Shown piece after piece: positions 23,305 to 34,267 of a DNA stretch of 64,000 bases; position 1 is the first letter of the stretch; every line of letters starts with the position of its first letter. The position numbers were made by a program, and so were the translations under genes. The notes beneath the pieces were generated by a model, which saw nothing but the letters and a program-made list of their open reading frames with translations, did not search any database and was not told the origin of the DNA. This stretch comes from Desulfobacterales bacterium (GTDB taxonomy: Bacteria > Desulfobacterota > Desulfobacteria > Desulfobacterales > UBA5616), in the NCBI GenBank assembly GCA_046483495.1, contig JAWODC010000070.1, positions 1-64,000 on the forward strand, read 5' to 3'.

Positions 23305-26217
23305 TTAACCGGCTTTTTTGGGGAGAACAAGGTCCGTTTCGCCGCCGATATCCGCTTCAGGAAAAATCCGACCTTTTCCCATCGCTCTTTGGAGTTCACT
23401 CAGCGAAATCATATATCCATATAAGGACCGGTAGTAATTGAACTCGGCCCGGGTCAGATCAACCCTGGCATCCAGCACATCGGTGGACGTTGCAATCTGT
23501 TCCTTGTATTGGAGATTTGTAATTCGCCAGTTCTCCCTGGCCTGGACAAGGGATTCCTGAGCCGTTATGATATTCTTATCGGCGACTTTCAAATCGGAAA
23601 AGGCATTCTTTACTTCCAATCGAATGCCGTTTTCAGCGGTCTGATATTGATTCATAACAGCTTTCTTGTCATATCGGTACTTGGCCACTTCCGATCTCGT
23701 TTTTCCGCCTTCAAAGAAATCCCACGTGCCGTTTAGAATCACAGCGGCATTATAGATGGGACCGAAATCATTTTCATCGGCCCGCCAGTTATCTCCGGTT
23801 TGTTCATAGTATCCGGCAACGGCAAATTTGGGGTAATAAGCGCTTTTGGCCAGTCGTATGCCCTGATCCAAACTATTGACGGCATTTCGTATCAGCTTCA
23901 GCTCGGGTCTATGTTCCTGGGCTTCGTGAAAAAGGTTCGGCAGTTCATAGGACACGGGAGGTATTGAAAGGATATCTTCCACCTCGGTTTGGCGGTTGAT
24001 GTCAAATTCAAGAAGTGTGTTGAGCGCCGACATGGATATTTTTTTTGAGGCAAGCGCGGTTTCGCGCTGTTGAACGACATTTGCCAGCGCCACCTTTGAT
24101 TTCAGCAGATCGTTGTACGGAATCATCCCCTGATTATAGAATTGTTCCGTATCTCTTACAACCGACTCCAGATTTTTGACGGCGTCCTCAGCCACTCTCA
24201 AACCCGCCTTGGACATCAGCAAACTGAAATAGGCCACTTTGACATCCCGTACAAGATCGATAACGGCTAGATTTCTTTGAGTTCTTGCCGCCTCTACCCC
24301 AAGTTCCCCCAATCGATATTGAGAGGAAAGAGCAAATCCGGTGAAAAGAGGCTGAGTCAGGGTGATGTTCCATTCGTACAGGTTTTGTGAACCGACGGTG
24401 AACTCTATCGTCTGCCCGGGAACGACCGGCGCAAAAGGGTTGGTGAACGAAGTTGTCGGTTCTTCATTTAAATGGGTAAACTGATATTCCGCCGTCCCCT
24501 TCGGGAAAAATCCTGAAATGGCTGTTTTTTTCTCTTCAATGGCACTGTTGACGTTTTGTTCCGCCTGCTGTATGCGGGCGCTTCTTTGAACGGCTAATTT
24601 AACGGCCTCCTCCAGGGTGAGTGTTGTTATTTTTGCCGGTTCCGGCAATTGTTTGACATCCGGTTTTGCAGGTTTCGCCAACGCCAAAAGATTCTCTTGG
24701 TATAAGGATTTTTCACAAAGCCGCTGCGCGGTTTCAATCATTTCTTCGGCACGTGAATACGCCGCCATGGATTCGGCAAATCGGCCTTTCTCAGAAAGCT
24801 CCCGCCCCTGTGCTATTTGCCCATTAATTTGTTCTACGATTTCTTTTTCTTCTTTTCGATATTTTTCCAAAAGCCTGAGGGCTCTTCCCGGCTCAGGCGC
24901 TTCGGCGGTGACCAGAATCACATCGTAATCGGATGTCCAACGCAAAGGAATAGGATCGGGGTCATCTTTCAGGTGCGATGCGATATCGTAGGCCGCTTTT
25001 TGGTAGGAATCGGCAAAATAGATCGTCTGCGTTTTAAGGTCGGATCTGAGTGCATAATCGACAGCAGGTTTTTCATACCCCATGTCTGCAATTCGGTCGG
25101 CTACTTTTTTGGCATGCCCCAAGTCGATATCCCTGCTGAGGACCAGTATTCTGGCTGGCGCCGCATCCTCAAGGGTCTCGTCTGTCCGCCCGGATTCACT
25201 GCTTTTCGGGTTTTTATTCGTGAGAAAAGCCTTTTCGAGGAGCCGACGAAGTTTTTGAGTGGATTTGGCGGAATCGGCAAAGTATTCGTTTGCTCCGGAA
25301 AAGTCCTGATCCGTAAACCGCTCATGGGCTTCATCAAGACTACGCGTAATCTGTGAATGAAGGGAAATTATTTTTTCCAAATGCCTGTCTTGCTCTATCT
25401 GTTCCGGACCCGGACCGGCTATCTTCTCAGGATTGACCGTCACGACGATCATGTCGAAATCCGATTGCCAGTTCAGCGGCTTTAAACGGGTATTCGGCAT
25501 GTTCAAAACATCAGCCGTTCTTTCAGCCTGTGCTTTGTACTTCTTTGAAAAGTAAATGGTGTTTTGCTTGAAGTCAGACCGGGGCGCATAATCAACCGGT
25601 GCCGGTCTGTATCCGGCATTTTTTATCTTCTCGGCAGCCTTTCTGGCCGTCCCAAGGTCCCCGTCGCCACTTAAAACTTTTATTTTGAGGCTTTTTTCAT
25701 CGGCATCATCGGCCACAGCACGAACCGATCGATCGACGGCAGCAGGAGCGATTTCATCTATTGGTCCGGCCGCCACAATGATGAGATCGAAAATGGACTG
25801 CCAGCTTAGCGGCTTGAGCGAGACATTGGTCAGATTGAGCCGTTGTACGATTTCCTTTGCTTTACCGTCATAGCCTTCGGCAAAGTATAGGGTGTGATTT
25901 TCGAAATCCGAACGCGGCGCAGCATCGACAGCGTCTACCTCGTAGCCGGTATTCTCGAGCCGCAATGCCAGAGATTCGGCGTGACGGATGTCCCCCGTGC
26001 CTGTCAACACCTTTATTTTAGGGTTGCGCGTCACAGCGTTTGAGGCAACCTGCATCTGTTCGGCTTCATTCGCGATAAATGTTTTGACGCTTTTGACCGT
26101 TTCAGAGGTATTTAAATGGTCTGTCTTATCGGTTGCAGCAATGGTTGGATTCAAAAGCAAACATAGAAGGAGAATCAACGGTAAGCGGGCAGATACAGCC
26201 ATGAACATTTTAAGCAT
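23305..26217 (-). CDS. TolC-family outer membrane channel fused to three N-terminal LytR_C-like domains
   Basis: Signal peptide; three ~85-aa repeats (KIKVL.G.GD...A...GY...D.APRSDF...TIYF...PL.W.S.FD.IVV); C-terminal OEP domain (LTLEEAV, LTQPLFTG, DVLDA). Confidence 0.8.
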   Translation of the reverse strand: MLKMFMAVSARLPLILLLCLLLNPTIAATDKTDHLNTSETVKSVKTFIANEAEQMQVASNAVTRNPKIKVLTGTGDIRHAESLALRLENTGYEVDAVDAAPRSDFENHTLYFAEGYDGKAKEIVQRLNLTNVSLKPLSWQSIFDLIIVAAGPIDEIAPAAVDRSVRAVADDADEKSLKIKVLSGDGDLGTARKAAEKIKNAGYRPAPVDYAPRSDFKQNTIYFSKKYKAQAERTADVLNMPNTRLKPLNWQSDFDMIVVTVNPEKIAGPGPEQIEQDRHLEKIISLHSQITRSLDEAHERFTDQDFSGANEYFADSAKSTQKLRRLLEKAFLTNKNPKSSESGRTDETLEDAAPARILVLSRDIDLGHAKKVADRIADMGYEKPAVDYALRSDLKTQTIYFADSYQKAAYDIASHLKDDPDPIPLRWTSDYDVILVTAEAPEPGRALRLLEKYRKEEKEIVEQINGQIAQGRELSEKGRFAESMAAYSRAEEMIETAQRLCEKSLYQENLLALAKPAKPDVKQLPEPAKITTLTLEEAVKLAVQRSARIQQAEQNVNSAIEEKKTAISGFFPKGTAEYQFTHLNEEPTTSFTNPFAPVVPGQTIEFTVGSQNLYEWNITLTQPLFTGFALSSQYRLGELGVEAARTQRNLAVIDLVRDVKVAYFSLLMSKAGLRVAEDAVKNLESVVRDTEQFYNQGMIPYNDLLKSKVALANVVQQRETALASKKISMSALNTLLEFDINRQTEVEDILSIPPVSYELPNLFHEAQEHRPELKLIRNAVNSLDQGIRLAKSAYYPKFAVAGYYEQTGDNWRADENDFGPIYNAAVILNGTWDFFEGGKTRSEVAKYRYDKKAVMNQYQTAENGIRLEVKNAFSDLKVADKNIITAQESLVQARENWRITNLQYKEQIATSTDVLDARVDLTRAEFNYYRSLYGYMISLSELQRAMGKGRIFPEADIGGETDLVLPKKAG

Positions 26218-26478
26218 GTCGGCTTTCTCCTTTTCTTCTCGTCTTTATTTTGGAAAAACTAAAAGACCTGATCCTGATGATGGATTTAAATGATGTCCTG
26301 TGATAAGTACTTGTTTGTTCAAGTAAACTATGACAATGGTCGGCAGATGTCAAATGCAAAATGACACGGCCGACAAAAACCAATCGCTTTACAACAACCG
26401 GCTAAAAGGATAATACATACAGCGACATATTATTGTCGAACGAAAAACACCGATAAGGAAATTGAAGAAGGTATTTTA

Positions 26479-28962
26479 ATGGAAAGAAAAGGGGAAATAT
26501 TGCCCTTTGTCAACCGCCCAAGCCGTTATTTAGGCACGGAAACAAACGCCGTCCGAAAAAATGTGTCCGGCATTGGCGTGCATGTCGCCCTTGCGTTTCC
26601 GGATTTATATGAGATCGGAAGTTCTCATCTAGGCCTTATGATCTTGTACGACCAGATCAATAAGCAGGACGGGGCGTACGCGGAGCGGGTTTTTGCTCCG
26701 GACAGGGATATGGGGAAGCTGCTAAGGGAAAAGAACATTGCCTTGAAGTCGTTGGAAACGCAGACGCCGTTGAAGCAATTTGACATTGTCGGTTTCAGTT
26801 TGCTCTATGAACTGAACTATACCAATATGCTCTTGATGCTGGATTTAGCCGGCATCCCGTTTGCGGCACGAAACAGAGAAGATTCCTTCCCCATCGTTAT
26901 TGCCGGTGGGCCCTGCACATGCAACCCGGAACCGGTGGCTGAATTTTTTGATGCAATGGTTATAGGGGACGGAGAACCGGTGGTTTTACTGATGTGTGAG
27001 GCCCTTTTAGGATGGAAAAAGGAGGGAAAGACGGACAAAGAATCGCTTTTGAAAAAGTGGTCCGCCATTCCAGGCGTATATATCCCTTCACATTATGTAC
27101 CCGTGTTTGGATCGGGCGGGTTTACAGGGACAAGATCTACATGCGGTGCCGAAAACGTCAGACGATCCATCGCCGAGGATCTCGACAAGACCCCGTTTCC
27201 GGAATCCCCCGTTGTTGCCTGGTCAAAGCCGGTGCACGACCGGCTCAGGCTTGAAATAGCCAGAGGCTGTACACGAGGGTGCCGATTCTGTCAGGCCGGC
27301 ATGATCTATCGTCCCGTCAGGGAGCGTTCTTTGGACAACCTTCTTTCCCTTTTCGACAAAAGCTTGAAAACCACAGGATACGAGGATGTCTCCCTGCTTT
27401 CCTTAAGCACCGGCGACTACCGGTGCATCGAACACCTGCTGCAGCGGCTGAACCGGAATAAGGGGATTGCAACTGGGATTTCCCTGCCTTCCATTCGGGC
27501 TGAAACCTTGACGCCGGAACTGATGGACCTGATCGGACAGGTGCGCAAGACGGGGTTTACTATAGCTCCGGAAGCCGGCAGTCAGCGGCTTCGGGAGGTC
27601 ATAAACAAGAATCTATCTGAGGATGATATCGTCAAAACCGTCACTTGTGCGCTGAAAATGGGGTGGCGGAGCATCAAATTATATTTCATGATCGGCCTGC
27701 CGACCGAAACCGGCGAAGACCTCGCGGGCATTGTCGCACTGGTTAAAAGACTCAGAAGAATCAAAACAGACTGTAAAAAACCTTATCAAATCAGTGTCAG
27801 TGTCGCCACCTTTATTCCAAAACCGCATACGCCGTTTCAATGGGCCCGTCAAATACCGCTCGAAGAATCCAAGGAAAAGATCCAATGGTTAAGAGACCAA
27901 CTGAGGCTTTCAAGGGTCAATTTCAAATGGCAGAACCCGGAAGTCAGTCTGATCGAGGGACTTTGGGCTCGAGGAGACAGGAGGTTGGCCCGGTTGCTGA
28001 TCAAGGCCTATCAATTGGGATGTTGTTTTGATGGATGGAGCGACTCATTCAGTTTCGAAAAATGGCAGCGGGCGATAAAAGAATCCCGGATAGATATACA
28101 TGATTATACCCGAAACCGGCATTTTGATGAGCCCTTGCCGTGGGACCATATCGACGTGGGCGTTTCGAAACCTTTTTTAAAAAATGAGTGCAGCAAAGCC
28201 CTCATCGACAACGCTCCCACCACAGATTGCCGTTGTGGAAATTGTCAGGGATGCGGCGTTTGCGATTTTAAACGCATTTATCCCCGCATAAATCCCGAAA
28301 TTCGGACAGAACCGGACATGATTCCGGTTAAACATGAGGAAAAAGAATATCAGCGCCTTCGGATGACCTACACGAAAGAAAAGGAGGCCGCTTACCTGGG
28401 TCACCTCGAATTTGTCAATCTGGTGCTTAGGGCGTTCAGAAGAGCGGGTATTCTATTAAAGTATTCCGAAGGTTTTCACCCAAAGCCCAAAATTTCCTTC
28501 AATGATCCGCTTCCGTTGGGCATCGAGGGGACCAATGAAATTTTATATGCAACGGTCGAGCAAGGTCCCTCTTTTCATGAAATGATCGAAGCGTTGAATC
28601 GGCAGATGCCTCCAGGCGTTTTGTTCAAACATATCGAGGCCTTCGATCCTAAAGAAGACGGCCGGCACTCCGGCGTGTCGACCTATTCCATACGGCTGAG
28701 TGGCGGCGTATTCGAACGGGCGAATCTTAAGCGGTTTATAGCTGCGGAAAAGTTTATGCTTGTACAAACCAATAAAAAAGGTAAAAAAACATACACCGAT
28801 TTAAAAAGCCGGGTTTCCCATTTAAAATCAGCCGAGCCGAACCATATTCAAATTTCCGTTCTCGATGAAAAAGAAAAAACCATTCGACCGGCCGATTTTC
28901 TAAGGGCGGTCTTTGCCATGAATGAGGACCGAATTAAAACGGCGCGGATTAGAAAATATTGA
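26479..28962 (+). CDS. B12-binding radical SAM protein (TIGR03960-type) fused to a radical SAM-linked domain
   Basis: FPDLYEIG, RGCTRGCRFC, FTIAPEAG, PKPHTPFQW, YSEGFHPKPK. Confidence 0.88.
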   Translation: MERKGEILPFVNRPSRYLGTETNAVRKNVSGIGVHVALAFPDLYEIGSSHLGLMILYDQINKQDGAYAERVFAPDRDMGKLLREKNIALKSLETQTPLKQFDIVGFSLLYELNYTNMLLMLDLAGIPFAARNREDSFPIVIAGGPCTCNPEPVAEFFDAMVIGDGEPVVLLMCEALLGWKKEGKTDKESLLKKWSAIPGVYIPSHYVPVFGSGGFTGTRSTCGAENVRRSIAEDLDKTPFPESPVVAWSKPVHDRLRLEIARGCTRGCRFCQAGMIYRPVRERSLDNLLSLFDKSLKTTGYEDVSLLSLSTGDYRCIEHLLQRLNRNKGIATGISLPSIRAETLTPELMDLIGQVRKTGFTIAPEAGSQRLREVINKNLSEDDIVKTVTCALKMGWRSIKLYFMIGLPTETGEDLAGIVALVKRLRRIKTDCKKPYQISVSVATFIPKPHTPFQWARQIPLEESKEKIQWLRDQLRLSRVNFKWQNPEVSLIEGLWARGDRRLARLLIKAYQLGCCFDGWSDSFSFEKWQRAIKESRIDIHDYTRNRHFDEPLPWDHIDVGVSKPFLKNECSKALIDNAPTTDCRCGNCQGCGVCDFKRIYPRINPEIRTEPDMIPVKHEEKEYQRLRMTYTKEKEAAYLGHLEFVNLVLRAFRRAGILLKYSEGFHPKPKISFNDPLPLGIEGTNEILYATVEQGPSFHEMIEALNRQMPPGVLFKHIEAFDPKEDGRHSGVSTYSIRLSGGVFERANLKRFIAAEKFMLVQTNKKGKKTYTDLKSRVSHLKSAEPNHIQISVLDEKEKTIRPADFLRAVFAMNEDRIKTARIRKY

Positions 28963-29002
28963 AACCGAATGTGCAGCTTTGATTCCGCATGAAAGAGAGG
29001 CG

Positions 29003-30550
29003 ATGTACAAGCAATTGATCATCAATTCGACAGCGCACGAAACGCGCGTTGCTTTAGTTGAAGACGGGAATTTGGCGGAAGTGTTCATCGAACGGGGGGA
29101 TTTTTCGGACATTGCCGGCAATATCTATAAGGGTAGAGTTCAGCGGGTTCTTCCTGGTATGCAGGCCGCTTTTATCGATATCGGATTGAAACAGGCGGCA
29201 TTTTTGTACGCCGGAGACGTCATCAAGGAGAATCATAAGACAAACGAAGACGCGCCGGAAGGACCAGATGACCTTTCCGGTGTGCTCGACAGGGATTTTT
29301 GCACGGAAAATGCATTCGAAAAGCGAAATCCTCCGATCGAATATCTGATCAGGGAAGGCCAGGAGATCATGGTTCATGTTTCCAAATCTCCCATTGGTAC
29401 AAAAGGCGCCCGCGTTACGTCTCATATCTCTCTTCCGGGCCGTTTTCTTGTTCTAATGCCTAATTCCGATCATATCGGCATATCCAGAAAAATTGAAGAG
29501 GATGCTGAAAGGAACCGGCTGAAAGAAAGCGTTCACCGTTTCAGGGACGGCAGGTTCGGGTACATTGTCAGAACGGCCGCGGAAGGCGTGAATGAAGAGA
29601 AGCTGCTGTACGAGATGCGTTTTCTGAACAACCTCTGGGCTAACATTCAAAAGCGATTCGAACAGGTTTCCGCGCCTTCGATGCTTCATCAGGAATTGTC
29701 CGTGACGCTTCGTGCAGTCAGAGACCTTTTAATCCATGAGGCCGACAAACTGATCATCGATTCGAGACAGGGGTATGAAAAGGTGCTTTCGTTTATCGAC
29801 ACCATGATGCCCGGGCTTAAGGATTCCGTCGAACTCTACGAAGGATGCGAGCCCATCTTCGAGGCCTACAACATCGAGGTGGATATATCCCGGGTAGTAA
29901 AACGCAAAGTGTGGCTAAAATCAGGCGGTTATATAGTCATAGACCATACGGAGGCACTGGTTGCCATCGACGTAAATACCGGTCGGTATGTCGGGAAACA
30001 GAATCATAACCTCGAGGAAACCATATTGAAAATCAACCTGGAGGCGGTCAAGGAAATTGCTTATCAGGTACGATTAAGGGATATCGGCGGTATTATTATT
30101 ATCGATTTTATCGACATGGAAAAAAAATCGAATCAGGAAAAGGTTTACAATGCATTGATGGACGCCCTGAAAAAAGACCGAAGTAAAACGAAGGTATTGC
30201 CGATGTCGGAAATGGGGCTTATTGAAATGACCCGCAAACGAGTGAAGAAATCGCTTGGCAGAATGCTTTGCGAACCCTGCTTTTATTGTGAAGGGGAAGG
30301 ATACCTGCTGTCGCGCCAGTCGGTTTGCTACAACCTTTACCGGGAGGTAATCCGATATGCCAAAGACATCTCCGGCACGACCATTAGCTTGAGAGTCAAC
30401 CCTGAAATCGCCGAACTGCTGCATGGCGAGGAAAACACGGTTATTCAAAGCCTGGAAGAAAGTCTGGAAAAACGGATTGTCATTTACCCTGACGTGCGAT
30501 TACATCTCGAGAATATTGAAATTGCGGAATTATTAAGGGAAAAACATTGA
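29003..30550 (+). CDS. rng: Ribonuclease G/E family
   Basis: GNIYKGRV..VLPGMQAAF, IDVNTG, GGIIIIDFIDM, CFYCEG. Confidence 0.93.
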   Translation: MYKQLIINSTAHETRVALVEDGNLAEVFIERGDFSDIAGNIYKGRVQRVLPGMQAAFIDIGLKQAAFLYAGDVIKENHKTNEDAPEGPDDLSGVLDRDFCTENAFEKRNPPIEYLIREGQEIMVHVSKSPIGTKGARVTSHISLPGRFLVLMPNSDHIGISRKIEEDAERNRLKESVHRFRDGRFGYIVRTAAEGVNEEKLLYEMRFLNNLWANIQKRFEQVSAPSMLHQELSVTLRAVRDLLIHEADKLIIDSRQGYEKVLSFIDTMMPGLKDSVELYEGCEPIFEAYNIEVDISRVVKRKVWLKSGGYIVIDHTEALVAIDVNTGRYVGKQNHNLEETILKINLEAVKEIAYQVRLRDIGGIIIIDFIDMEKKSNQEKVYNALMDALKKDRSKTKVLPMSEMGLIEMTRKRVKKSLGRMLCEPCFYCEGEGYLLSRQSVCYNLYREVIRYAKDISGTTISLRVNPEIAELLHGEENTVIQSLEESLEKRIVIYPDVRLHLENIEIAELLREKH

Positions 30551-30644
30551 CTTGTTCAATGAAGTATGATTAATCTATTTGATTATGGCATTGACTGTGT
30601 TTATTTGACACTATATTTGGCGTTCTCAAAAGGAAGTTTTTACG

Positions 30645-30779
30645 ATGAAACGGACATATCAACCAAGCAGAACGAAACGGGCTCGAACGCATGGGTTTTT
30701 AAAACGGATGTCGACAAAAGCGGGAAGGCGGGTGATTAACCGGCGGCGAGCGAAGGGTCGGCATCGGTTGGCGGTTTAA
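30645..30779 (+). CDS. rpmH: 50S ribosomal protein L34 (not in ORF track)
   Basis: [44 protein letters not shown]. Confidence 0.97.
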   Translation: MKRTYQPSRTKRARTHGFLKRMSTKAGRRVINRRRAKGRHRLAV

Positions 30780-30898
30780 ACGTGGAGGCTGAAAAGGTGA
30801 TGGCGATTTTTTTGCAGGATTTTCGAAAGCACTATGTAGATAAAGATGTGGACCTTCCCGAATAAGGGGTGGATTCATATCCGTTTAAGAGATGTTTC

Positions 30899-31255
30899 AT
30901 GCAACGCGCTTCATTTACAAAGGCGGACAGGCTGCTGAAGCGGGGCGATTATCTAAAGCTATCCGAAATCGGAAAAAAATCAGTCAATTATCATTTTATT
31001 ATGCTATCCGCCCGAGGTGACACAGGAAGATCCCGGCTGGGAATAACCGTACCCAAGAAAATCGGCAATGCAGTAGTCCGGAACAGGATAAAGCGATTGG
31101 TGAGGGAATACTTTCGTTTGAATCGACATCTCATAGACGGGTGCAGCGATATCAATCTTATTGCGAAAAAATCGGCAGCAGCACTGACGAAGGAACAAAT
31201 GTTTTCGTCGTTGACAGATGTGTTAGCAAAGGCAAAAAGGAAATCCGATCATTAA
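30899..31255 (+). CDS. rnpA: Ribonuclease P protein component
   Basis: [21 protein letters not shown] (RNR motif); synteny with rpmH. Confidence 0.93.
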   Translation: MQRASFTKADRLLKRGDYLKLSEIGKKSVNYHFIMLSARGDTGRSRLGITVPKKIGNAVVRNRIKRLVREYFRLNRHLIDGCSDINLIAKKSAAALTKEQMFSSLTDVLAKAKRKSDH

Positions 31256-31262
31256 AGCGCTA

Positions 31263-31472
31263 TTGGTAAAAGCGGCTCATGTTCTGATTCGTGGGTATCA
31301 GTTTTTTATTTCGCCTGTTTTAGGACCGACGTGCCGTTTTTATCCATGCTGTTCCGAATATGCGTATATCGCTATTGCTCGTCACGGATTTGTAAAGGGC
31401 TGCTATTTAAGTATGCGAAGGCTGCTCCGTTGTCACCCATGGCATCCGGGGGGTATCGATTACGTGCCGTAG
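31263..31472 (+). CDS. yidD: Membrane protein insertion efficiency factor (start uncertain)
   Basis: YQ..ISP...CRFYP.CSEY...RCHPW..GG.D.VP. Confidence 0.9.
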   Translation: MVKAAHVLIRGYQFFISPVLGPTCRFYPCCSEYAYIAIARHGFVKGCYLSMRRLLRCHPWHPGGIDYVP

Positions 31473-31779
31473 GCTAAGAGATCAGGACAGCGGCAACTGT
31501 TCGCACATCCCTATTTGGAACACAGGCATTTTCCGGATAGAATGCTGTTATCATCAATCTCGGCCGTTGTTGCCCGAATATGCCCGGCTAAGCCGCATGA
31601 GTTCATCGAAATCACCAAAAGTACCGTCGCGTTTCCGGGTCTGATGTCAAGAAAACCCGAAACCGCCAACGGCAAACTCGTATATTCTTCCCTTTGTCGC
31701 CATTCCGAAAAACATTCTTCGCCTCGATTTTCCGTCCGGCATCGAGGTTTTTTTATAGGACTTGAAACTGGAGTAGACT

Positions 31780-33426
31780 ATGGAGCATACGAGGATTTTA
31801 TTGGCGATTGCGCTTTCTTTTCTTATTTTTTTGCTGTGGGAGGCCTTTTTTGTCGAAAAGAGCCCGGAACCCGTGCGGAAAAGAGAAGCGATACAACGCG
31901 AAAAGGCGCAGCAGGACGGCGCGTTGCCGGCGGAGCCGATTGCACCGGAAAGATTCGAATTACCGGAAATTACAAAACCGGATACGACGGCAAAACATGT
32001 CGAAGTTGAAACCTCCTTTTACCGGGTTCGTATTTCCGAAAAGGGGGCCGGCTTTTCAAGTTTTGTGCTGAAACAATTCCGGGAGCAAGCGGCTCCGGAT
32101 TCCGATCCGCTGGAAATGATCGATCCGGAATTGCCTTTTGGAACGATTCTGATCGGGCTCGATGGAGCCAATATGCCGGACTTGCAAACGGCCGAGTTCG
32201 TTTCGAACGCACCTGGGAATGATATAGATGTTTTCGATAAACCTGAACAAATATCATTTATGCATAAGACACAGGAGGGTCTGACCGTGGTGAAGACATA
32301 TACGTTTTCACCGGAGTCTTATCTGATCGATATGGCTGTAACCGTGATTAATCAGACCAGCCGGACCTACCAGAACAGCCTGGTTGCGACACAGGCCGAC
32401 ATCGTAACGGATGACGGTTTCGGTTACGGTTTTTCAGGACCCAGTGCCCTTATCGACGACTCGCTCGAGCAGATAAAAATCAAGGATATCGAAGATGAAG
32501 GCCGGCGTTCAGGAGTGATTAAATGGATTGGTTTTCAGGATCGATATTTTATTTCCAGCATTATGCCGGATATACCTCAAGAAGCCGTATTTCGCCTCGA
32601 TGTCAATAAAGGAAATGTGGTAACCGCACAGTTGGTGGAGCCGGTTGAAGCACTTGCTCCAGGCACCCAAAACACGCATTCTTTCCAACTGTATATAGGG
32701 CCGAAGAGCACCGGAATTTTAAGTGATATTGGGCGTGACCTGGACAAAGCGGTTGATTTCGGCATATTCGATATTATCGCAAAGGCGTGCCTTTGGCTGA
32801 TGAATCGAATATACAGCCTTGTTCCAAATTACGGAGTCGCTATTATCCTCCTGACGATTTTAATAAAGGCGGTCTTGTGGCCCTTGGGGTCGAAAAGCTA
32901 TAAAAGCATGAGCGAAATGAAAAAAATTCAGCCTTTGATGACTGAGATTCGTGAAAAGTATAAAAACGACAAACGAAAAATGAACGAAGAAATGATGGGC
33001 CTGTATCGGACATATAAGGTAAACCCGATGAGCGGCTGCCTGCCCATGCTGGTTCAGATACCGGTTTTTATCGCCTTGTATCGCATGTTGTATGAAGCGA
33101 TCGAGCTTCGGCACGCGCCGTTTGTCGGCTGGATCACCGATTTGTCCTCCCCCGACCGGCTGTTTCGATTCGATGTTTCGATCCCGTTTATGCAGGAACC
33201 CTATGGTATACCCGTGCTGACGCTTATTATGGGGGGGACGATGTTTTTGCAGCAGAAAATGTCCCCGCCTATAGGTGATCCCACGCAAGCCAAAGTAATG
33301 ATGTTGATGCCGATTATTTTCACTGTGATTTTTATCAATTTTCCGGCAGGACTCGTTCTGTACTGGCTTGTCAATAATATTATTTCAATAGGGCAACAAT
33401 ATTATATCCAAGAGAAATATGCATAG
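31780..33426 (+). CDS. yidC: Membrane protein insertase
   Basis: NYGVAII, GCLPMLVQIP, WITDLS, GLVLYW. Confidence 0.95.
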   Translation: MEHTRILLAIALSFLIFLLWEAFFVEKSPEPVRKREAIQREKAQQDGALPAEPIAPERFELPEITKPDTTAKHVEVETSFYRVRISEKGAGFSSFVLKQFREQAAPDSDPLEMIDPELPFGTILIGLDGANMPDLQTAEFVSNAPGNDIDVFDKPEQISFMHKTQEGLTVVKTYTFSPESYLIDMAVTVINQTSRTYQNSLVATQADIVTDDGFGYGFSGPSALIDDSLEQIKIKDIEDEGRRSGVIKWIGFQDRYFISSIMPDIPQEAVFRLDVNKGNVVTAQLVEPVEALAPGTQNTHSFQLYIGPKSTGILSDIGRDLDKAVDFGIFDIIAKACLWLMNRIYSLVPNYGVAIILLTILIKAVLWPLGSKSYKSMSEMKKIQPLMTEIREKYKNDKRKMNEEMMGLYRTYKVNPMSGCLPMLVQIPVFIALYRMLYEAIELRHAPFVGWITDLSSPDRLFRFDVSIPFMQEPYGIPVLTLIMGGTMFLQQKMSPPIGDPTQAKVMMLMPIIFTVIFINFPAGLVLYWLVNNIISIGQQYYIQEKYA

Positions 33427-33441
33427 GAACCGGGAGGTTGA

Positions 33442-34182
33442 ATGTCGTCATTTAGGGAATTCGAGGGTAAAAATGTTGAATCAGCTGTTAAAGTTGCATG
33501 CGAACAACTCGGAATGGAAAAGAAAAACCTAAAGATCGAAATTATCTCTCATGGATCCACCGGAATATTCGGGCTGGTTGGGGCAAGAAAGGCAAGGGTC
33601 CGCGTTTGCCCGGCGCAACCAACCACCCGGCAGGAAGAGGATACGGTCGACTCTGTCGAAACGCAAGAGGCCCAAACCGAAAAAGAAGGCGATTCAGGAT
33701 CGAGGCTTCTTGCTGAGAAAGGCAAAGCGATCATTTATAAATTAATAAGGCCGATATCACCTGAATCCTCTGTTTCTGCAGAAATCAACAAGACGTTCAT
33801 ATGCTTTAAAATCACCGGCGGAGATCCGGCCATGTTGATCGGAAAAAGAGGGCAGACACTCGATGCCATTCAATACCTGGCGGAAAAGATTATCAGCAAA
33901 CATATGGATGAACGAGTTCGTGTGCAAATCGATGTTGAAGGATATTTGGAGCAGCGGAAAGCTGATTTGCAGGAGCTGGCCGGCCGCATTTCAGAAAAGG
34001 TAAAGCGAACCGGAAAACCGGCTACCGTAGGGCATATGACGGCACACGATCGCCGCATTATTCACCTGACATTAAAAAACGACAAATACGTTCGAACACA
34101 AAGCCTGGGAGACGGGTTTTTAAGAAAAATCGTCATTTTTCCAAAGCGCCGGATGAACAAAGAAAAGAAAACGGAAACCTGA
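33442..34182 (+). CDS. jag: Jag/EloR RNA-binding protein (Jag_N, KH, R3H)
   Basis: EFEGKNVE.A, LIGKRGQTL.AIQ, RRIIH. Confidence 0.9.
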   Translation: MSSFREFEGKNVESAVKVACEQLGMEKKNLKIEIISHGSTGIFGLVGARKARVRVCPAQPTTRQEEDTVDSVETQEAQTEKEGDSGSRLLAEKGKAIIYKLIRPISPESSVSAEINKTFICFKITGGDPAMLIGKRGQTLDAIQYLAEKIISKHMDERVRVQIDVEGYLEQRKADLQELAGRISEKVKRTGKPATVGHMTAHDRRIIHLTLKNDKYVRTQSLGDGFLRKIVIFPKRRMNKEKKTET

Positions 34183-34267
34183 TGGCTATTCAAAAACCGA
34201 TGGATGGGTTTAGGTCATTATCTGTCGAATTTCCGGGCTGAATAGACGACAGGCGAAAAAAGATAGA

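Noticed and set aside
31515..32009. 164-aa ORF overlapping the yidC start
   Set aside because: Out-of-frame overlap with a confident gene and no recognisable motif
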